This document shows positions 58,441-64,000 of a stretch of 64,000 bases of DNA, one piece after another. The notes beneath the pieces were generated by a model. It saw nothing but the letters and a program-made list of their open reading frames with translations. It did no database searches and had not been told where the DNA came from. This stretch comes from Planctomycetota bacterium. GTDB lineage: Bacteria; Planctomycetota; Planctomycetia; Pirellulales; Lacipirellulaceae. The stretch lies in contig JBCCXZ010000003.1 of assembly GCA_039190745.1 (NCBI GenBank), positions 32,001 to 96,000 of the forward strand, given 5' to 3'. The translations under genes and the position numbers were made by a program. The stretch's first letter is position 1, and every line of letters starts with the position of its first letter.

Positions 58441-59994
58441 ATGAACTTACGGAAAGCCGCGTTCCTACTTGTTTGTTGTCTGACTGCCGTTCCTGCAGAA
58501 GCCGCGCTGCAGATTACGGAGTTGATGATCGAGCCGAACGAAGACACTGCCTGGGAGTGGTTCGAGATCAGGAACACCGGCACATCGTCGGTCGACCTCG
58601 ACGGTTACATCGTCGATCGATTGGGAGACGTACAGATCTCCGCAACAGCCGCCCCCAACGTCGATAGCTCGGTTACCGCCAATACAGTCATCCCGCCCGA
58701 CGGGGTTGCCGTGCTCTACGACGCGGTGGTGGGTTCGGGTAGTCCGGCCAACTTCAACGATCAGGTTTTCCGGGATGCGTGGTCGCTCCCGCCGTCGACG
58801 CCCATCATCGGCCTGCAAGGCTTCCCGGCGCTGACAAACACGGGGACCGCCTTCGGTCTCTGGCCCAACCGGACCGCCTACGAGGCCGATCTGTTCGACG
58901 ACAACGGCACGATGCGGGTGGGAGGGTTTGCGAGCGCGGACGTCAGCATCGACTACCGCCTAGGTTTCCCGGCCCGCGACGGGGTCGCGTCGATTTCCTG
59001 GGACGGAACCGACAGCTTCCAGACCGGCTCGAACTGGTTCTTGAACCAAGACGGCTCCGGCGGGGCCATCGAGAGCGTTGAAGCCACCATCATGGGAGGT
59101 CAGCTCAACAGCACCGACGACATCGGCAATCCCGGTATCGCTCCCGGCGGGACGGCTCCCAGCAGCGTGCTGATCACGGAGGTGATGTACGACCCCGACT
59201 CGGCCGAAGACGACTGGGAGTGGATCGAGATCTACAACGGCACGCCCGCCACGCTGGACTTCACGCAGGGCTACGTGCTCGACGATGACGATTTCGGCGA
59301 CATCTCCGCCGCAAACATCACTTCGGGAAGCGTGCCGAGCGGAACCACCGCAGTACTCTTCAACGACGACCTCACGCTCGCCGACATTCAGCAAGCCTGG
59401 GACGCGGGCGGGGCCTTGGGCACGAACTTCATCCCTGTGAGCAACTGGCCGGCCTTAGCAAACAGCGGAGACGCCATCGGCCTGTGGAGCAGCTTCTCGG
59501 ACTACAAGAACGAGGCCGTTACCGGTTCAGGACGCACCACCGGCAACGCCGCGGCAGCCCTGGACTACGACAGCGGCATGGGCTGGCCATCGGCGAACGA
59601 CCGGGCCTCCATTTCGCTGGACGACCTCGCCGCCACCCCGATTACGGCGGCCAATTGGTCACGCAGCTCTTCGAGCGACGGCGTCTCTTTCAACGCCGCT
59701 CCCTCAGCCGGTAGCGTGCTCGTCCACCCCGGCGGCGACATCGGCAGCCCCGGCTTCGCTGCCGGCGGCCCGGCCTTGGCGGCCGACCTCGACTCTGACG
59801 CCGACGTCGATATCAGCGACTTGCTCGCCTGGCAGCGCGACGACGGCTCTGCTGGTGGTTTGGCGACCTGGCGTAATGAAGTTGGCGCCGGGATGGCGGT
59901 TGCCGCCATGAATGCAGTCCCCGAGCCGAACACGGCGATGCTCACAAGCTTGCTGCTTGCGGGTGTGCTCAGCACACGGTTTAGCCGCCGCTGA
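58441..59994 (+). CDS. PEP-CTERM protein with two lamin-tail-like domains and a dockerin-like motif
   Basis: Two ITE(L/V)M...WEW.EI.N repeats, ADLDSDADVDISDLLAWQR, VPEP + TM + RR. Confidence 0.9.
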   Translation: MNLRKAAFLLVCCLTAVPAEAALQITELMIEPNEDTAWEWFEIRNTGTSSVDLDGYIVDRLGDVQISATAAPNVDSSVTANTVIPPDGVAVLYDAVVGSGSPANFNDQVFRDAWSLPPSTPIIGLQGFPALTNTGTAFGLWPNRTAYEADLFDDNGTMRVGGFASADVSIDYRLGFPARDGVASISWDGTDSFQTGSNWFLNQDGSGGAIESVEATIMGGQLNSTDDIGNPGIAPGGTAPSSVLITEVMYDPDSAEDDWEWIEIYNGTPATLDFTQGYVLDDDDFGDISAANITSGSVPSGTTAVLFNDDLTLADIQQAWDAGGALGTNFIPVSNWPALANSGDAIGLWSSFSDYKNEAVTGSGRTTGNAAAALDYDSGMGWPSANDRASISLDDLAATPITAANWSRSSSSDGVSFNAAPSAGSVLVHPGGDIGSPGFAAGGPALAADLDSDADVDISDLLAWQRDDGSAGGLATWRNEVGAGMAVAAMNAVPEPNTAMLTSLLLAGVLSTRFSRR

Positions 59995-60367
59995 GCCAAC
60001 GGCCGCACGCCAGCCCAGCCCCGACCGCCGCCAGACCAAGCACCACGTTGGCTGCAATATTGGTCGTCGCCAGCCCGTGCCGCGAACCCTCAACCAGTCT
60101 CGCGGTGTCGTACCCGAACGTAGAGAACGTCGTAAGCGCCCCGAGGAAACCGATCGTCAGGCCGGAGTGCGCCGCCGGGTGCCAGCGTGCTGAGTCGCTC
60201 GTCCCCAGTGGAATCGCGAGCCCTAACAAAAAGCAGCCGGCCGTATTTACCGCCAGCGTCCCGAACGCGAAGTGGTCGCCCAACAGCCGTGCACAGCCCT
60301 GGTTGACCCCGTAGCGGCACACAGCTCCAACCGCACCCCCGATCGCGATGGCGACCACGTGCTGCAT
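59981..60367 (-). CDS. crcB: Fluoride efflux channel Fluc/CrcB
   Basis: GGAVGAVCRY, GTLAVN..GCF, GFLGALTTFSTF. Confidence 0.95.
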   Translation of the reverse strand: MQHVVAIAIGGAVGAVCRYGVNQGCARLLGDHFAFGTLAVNTAGCFLLGLAIPLGTSDSARWHPAAHSGLTIGFLGALTTFSTFGYDTARLVEGSRHGLATTNIAANVVLGLAAVGAGLACGRWLSGG

Positions 60368-60516
60368 AAACTTCGCCGCTTGTTTTCAAGGATACGGTTT
60401 GGCCCAACGCTCAGACCCACCGAGCGTCTGCTCGACCGGTAGGCCCGGGTCAACTATAACCCAACCCAGCGCTATCCGGCACGTCCGCTCTCCGCCGACT
60501 GACCCCTCGCCTGGCA

Positions 60517-61098
60517 ATGATTCAGATCGTCGACAACTACGATTCCTTTACTTACAACCTCGTCCAGCGGCTTGGCGAGATCGATCCCGGGCTCGCGATC
60601 CGGGTCGACCGCAACGACGAGACTACAGTCGACGAGATTCTTCAGCGTCAACCGGACCGCGTCGTGGTGTCGCCGGGCCCGTGCACGCCGTCCGAAGCGG
60701 GCGTCTCGGTAGAGTGTTGCAAGCGGCTCGCCGGGCGTCGGCCGCTGCTGGGGGTCTGCTTAGGCCACCAGTCGATCGGTCAGGCGTTCGGGGCCGAGAT
60801 CGTCCGCGCCGACCGGTTGATGCACGGGAAAACCGACTTGGTCCACCACACGGGCGGGCCCTTGTTCAATGGGTTGGACAATCCCTTCCAAGCCACCCGC
60901 TATCACAGCCTGGTGATCAAGCCAGGGACGCTCCCCGACGAGTTTGAGGTGACCGCTTGGTGCGAAGCCCCGGACGGCAGTCGCGAGATCATGGGCATCC
61001 AGCACCGAGAGCACGCATTGTTCGGCCTGCAGTTCCATCCGGAGAGCTTTCTCACGCACGCCGGCAAGGACATCCTCCGCAACTTCCTCGCGGTCTGA
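60517..61098 (+). CDS. trpG: Anthranilate/aminodeoxychorismate synthase glutamine amidotransferase component
   Basis: DNYDSFTYNL, SPGP, GVCLGHQ, RYHSL, QFHPES; pabA is equally possible. Confidence 0.9.
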   Translation: MIQIVDNYDSFTYNLVQRLGEIDPGLAIRVDRNDETTVDEILQRQPDRVVVSPGPCTPSEAGVSVECCKRLAGRRPLLGVCLGHQSIGQAFGAEIVRADRLMHGKTDLVHHTGGPLFNGLDNPFQATRYHSLVIKPGTLPDEFEVTAWCEAPDGSREIMGIQHREHALFGLQFHPESFLTHAGKDILRNFLAV

Positions 61099-61107
61099 GG
61101 CCGCCCT

Positions 61108-62310
61108 ATGCTCTCGGTCGACCAAGCCTGGGGCCTCCTCAAGCAGCACGCCGCGCCGCTGTCGGCGGAGGAGGTGTCGACGCTCGACGCCAACGGCCTG
61201 TGCCTGGCGGAGACTGTGACAAGCCCGATCGACTCGCCGCCCTTCGACAAGTCGATGGTCGACGGCTACGCGGTGATCGCCGGCGACACGGGGCTTCATC
61301 GAGCAGTCGTAGAGGAGGTCGTTGCCGGCCAGACGCCCTCCCGGCTCGTTGCTCCGGGTGAAGCGGTTCGCATCATGACCGGCGCCCCCATGCCCAAGGG
61401 GGCCGACGCGGTCGTGAAACGCGAGGATACTGACGAGAGCGACCCGGCCTTCGTGGGCATGCTCGACTGCAAACCCAAACCGGGCAAGTGCGTCATGCAC
61501 CGCGGCGCCGCTTTCCAATCCGGCGAGACCCTGTTGCAACCGCCCAAGAAACTGGGCCCCGCCGACTTGGCTTTGCTCACCGAGATTGGCCGGGTGAGCG
61601 TCCGAGTTGTCCCAAGACCGAAAGCGGCCCTCCTGCCCACCGGCGACGAACTTGTCCCGTTCGACCAGGCGCCCGCTCCCGGGCAGATCCGCAATAGCAA
61701 CGGGCCAATGCTGACCGCGCTGCTAGCCGATCTTCGGGTCCCAACCGAAAACCTCGGCATCGGTCGAGACGACCCCGAAGACCTCGCACGCAGGATCGAA
61801 GAGGGCCTTCAGCGGGACGTGCTGATCCTCTCCGGCGGCGTCTCCGCCGGCGACAAAGACCTCGTCCCCGACATCCTAGAAAGCTTGGGCGTGCGGAAGG
61901 TACTCCACAAAGTCCGCGTCAAGCCGGGCAAGCCGATCTGGTTCGGCGTTCGTGAGAAGGAGGGCCGGCGTAGCTTGGTTTTCGGTCTCCCCGGAAACCC
62001 CGTCAGTGCCTTCGTCGCGTTCCATCTATTTGTGAGGCCGATGCTCTCCGCGGTTAGCGGCGAAGTGTTTCAAACACCGATGACGCAACCGATCGCGCTC
62101 GCCAAGGAAGTGTCTCACAAGGGGCCGAGGCCAACCTATCAACCGGCGATCGTCCGACGCGACGCTCCCCAGGCAACCGTCGAGGTACTGCCCTGGGTCG
62201 GCTCGGCAGACCTATCGACGCTCTCGCGGGCGAACGCACTCGCCGCACTGCCCGCGGGCGACTATCGGCTGCGCGCTTCGGAATTGGTAGAAATCCTCCC
62301 GCTGTGTTGA
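61108..62310 (+). CDS. moeA: Molybdopterin molybdotransferase MoeA
   Basis: PPFDKSMVDGYA, IMTGA, TGDEL, NSN, SGGVSAGDKD, KPGKP, LPGNPVS. Confidence 0.95.
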   Translation: MLSVDQAWGLLKQHAAPLSAEEVSTLDANGLCLAETVTSPIDSPPFDKSMVDGYAVIAGDTGLHRAVVEEVVAGQTPSRLVAPGEAVRIMTGAPMPKGADAVVKREDTDESDPAFVGMLDCKPKPGKCVMHRGAAFQSGETLLQPPKKLGPADLALLTEIGRVSVRVVPRPKAALLPTGDELVPFDQAPAPGQIRNSNGPMLTALLADLRVPTENLGIGRDDPEDLARRIEEGLQRDVLILSGGVSAGDKDLVPDILESLGVRKVLHKVRVKPGKPIWFGVREKEGRRSLVFGLPGNPVSAFVAFHLFVRPMLSAVSGEVFQTPMTQPIALAKEVSHKGPRPTYQPAIVRRDAPQATVEVLPWVGSADLSTLSRANALAALPAGDYRLRASELVEILPLC

Positions 62311-62329
62311 GCGCCGTCAGGCTCTTAGC

Positions 62330-64000
62330 TCACAGCGAACGGGGGATCAATTCTAAGTCGAGCGAGATCACGAACAGCATCAACGTGATGATAAAGACGA
62401 ACCCGACCGTGTGCAGGGCCACCACCAGTTTCTCGCTCGCCGGCCTGCCACGCAGCCCTTCCCACAGCAGGAACACCATGTGGCCGCCGTCGAGCAGCGG
62501 GATCGGCAGGAAGTTGATTACGGCAAGGTTCGCGCTGAGCATCGTGAGGAACACCAGCAGTTTGCCAAGACCGTCTGACGCCGAGGCGCCCGCGGCCCGC
62601 GCGATGGTGATCGGCCCGCCCAGTGAAGTGATCGGCACCTGCGTGCCGAGCTTGCCCAGGAAGCGGTAGACCAACCCGAGCGAGTCGACCGTCTGGTCGT
62701 ACCCAAGAGACAGCTGCTCGCCGAGCGTGTCTGCCACACGCATCCGCTGGGCCGCCTGCAGGTACAACCCCCGCTCGGCAGTAAAAAACTCTTCGCTCGC
62801 CGTCGGCATCAACTCAACCGTCTTAGTCTCGTCGCCTCGCTTGTAGGTAAGCTCCACCCGTGTTTCTGCAGGAAGCTGCTGCAGCAGCGAGATAAAGGCC
62901 GGCCAGTCCGACTTGTTCTTCGATTTGCCCTCGTCCGTGAACACTAAGGGATCGTTCTTCTTTGGCTTGTTCGGCATGTCGTCAGGCAGCAGGAGCTTGG
63001 CCTGCACGATGATGTCGCCCTTCTGCAGCCCCGCATCCGCCGCCGCTCCCGCGCGAACTCCGTCCACACGGTTGAGCACCCGGTAAGCGACCCCTAGGGC
63101 CGGCGCAGAGAGCGGGTCGCCCGGCGAGATCGCCGACTCCAACCAAGTAACGTCTCGGAGTGAAATAGGCAGTTCTTCGGTTTCTTGACGCCCCTCGGCG
63201 CCGGTGCCCGACCTCCTCACCGTCAACCGAGCGTCGCGGCCTTCGGCGGCAAGTTGCCGCAGTTCTTCCGGCAGGGTTATGGGGTCCGCGAAGCTCCAAT
63301 CCTGGTCGGTCAGTTCCGCGTCCGGGGTCTCCTCCGCGCTCTGCACCCGATCGATGATATCGCCCGGCCGCAGCACCTCCGACGCGGGGGTCCCGTCTTC
63401 AACCGCTACGACCTTGCCCGTTTCCATGACAAGCCCGAGCCGCCGCATCGGCTGCGGCGGGATCGTGACTTCGATCTCTTCGCCGCCCGTGCGGGACCCG
63501 AACGGATCGTTTTCATTTGCTTCGCCGCCGCGCCGGACCACGATTGTCAGGGGCTTGTCCGGTCCAGACGCCAACGCCGCCGCCAGCTGGCTGTACTCGG
63601 AGATTGGCTCGCCGTTTGCCGCGATGATCTCATCGCTCCCTTCGAGCGCGGGCGTCGCTAGGGAGGCAGCCGAACCCGGACGGAACGGCTGCTCTTTGAC
63701 CAGCCGGAGTGAAGAATAGGAAGCAATGCCTACCCGGGCGGGACCGCCATCCTGCCGCGGCCTCAGTGTTACGTCTTCGATCGATTCTTGGCCCGCCTTG
63801 CGGACGCCGAACTCGATTCCATTCTCAAGGTCTCCGAGCATCACCCCGCCCTGCAGGTCGAGGAAAGACGGATCCTTCTTATCGCCGATCCGAACGATCT
63901 CGTCTCCAGTACGGATGCCGGCCTGCCACGCGGGCGAGCCGGGGGCCGCTTTGGAGACGATGCAAGGCTGGTACGGCACGCCAATCCCAAAGGCCACCGC
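62330..64000 (-). CDS. rseP: RseP-like site-2 protease (M50) with several PDZ domains; 5' end outside window
   Basis: GSPAWQAGIRTGD PDZ, GGPITI, ANLAVINFLPIPLLDGGH. Confidence 0.92.
   Translation of the reverse strand, partial: AVAFGIGVPYQPCIVSKAAPGSPAWQAGIRTGDEIVRIGDKKDPSFLDLQGGVMLGDLENGIEFGVRKAGQESIEDVTLRPRQDGGPARVGIASYSSLRLVKEQPFRPGSAASLATPALEGSDEIIAANGEPISEYSQLAAALASGPDKPLTIVVRRGGEANENDPFGSRTGGEEIEVTIPPQPMRRLGLVMETGKVVAVEDGTPASEVLRPGDIIDRVQSAEETPDAELTDQDWSFADPITLPEELRQLAAEGRDARLTVRRSGTGAEGRQETEELPISLRDVTWLESAISPGDPLSAPALGVAYRVLNRVDGVRAGAAADAGLQKGDIIVQAKLLLPDDMPNKPKKNDPLVFTDEGKSKNKSDWPAFISLLQQLPAETRVELTYKRGDETKTVELMPTASEEFFTAERGLYLQAAQRMRVADTLGEQLSLGYDQTVDSLGLVYRFLGKLGTQVPITSLGGPITIARAAGASASDGLGKLLVFLTMLSANLAVINFLPIPLLDGGHMVFLLWEGLRGRPASEKLVVALHTVGFVFIITLMLFVISLDLELIPRSL

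Noticed and set aside
60368..60516. Fluoride riboswitch upstream of crcB
   Set aside because: A hairpin (GACGCTCGG/CTGAGCGTT on - strand) exists, but the GGxGATGGxGTTC core consensus is absent

Overview
High-GC (roughly 65% by eye) chromosomal window, very likely from a planctomycete of the Pirellulales/Lacipirellulaceae type. The assignment is inferred from the PEP-CTERM proteins with a dockerin-like tail, a TPR-alphaCTD protein, fhcB/fhcC C1-transfer genes and fused secDF. Most of it is housekeeping: pdxA (end), kdgK-like kinase, nadK-dxs-ispA-xseB-xseA, dapF, tilS, rny-ymdB, secDF-yajC-tgt, tRNA-Thr(CGT), fhcCB, mobA, hisB, smpB, crcB, trpG/pabA, moeA and rseP (partial). I saw no CRISPR array, integrase or IS transposase. 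Main observations: (1) an orphan three-gene acid-to-aldehyde-to-alcohol reduction operon (EhpF/GriC-like adenylating enzyme, EhpG/GriD-like reductase, Fe-ADH); (2) a low-GC GxxExxY cassette bounded by perfect 18-bp inverted repeats, inserted in that operon and apparently frameshifted at its 5' end; (3) two candidate plus-strand sRNAs at 8.46-8.85 kb between minus-strand genes, one with a sigma28-like -10 box and five GGA motifs (possible CsrA sponge); (4) a TPR protein with two tandem RNAP alphaCTDs; (5) smpB apparently starting at ACG; (6) a 170-nt closed RNA structure upstream of rny; (7) two apparent pseudo-enzymes. All family calls come from motif recognition; no database searches were run.
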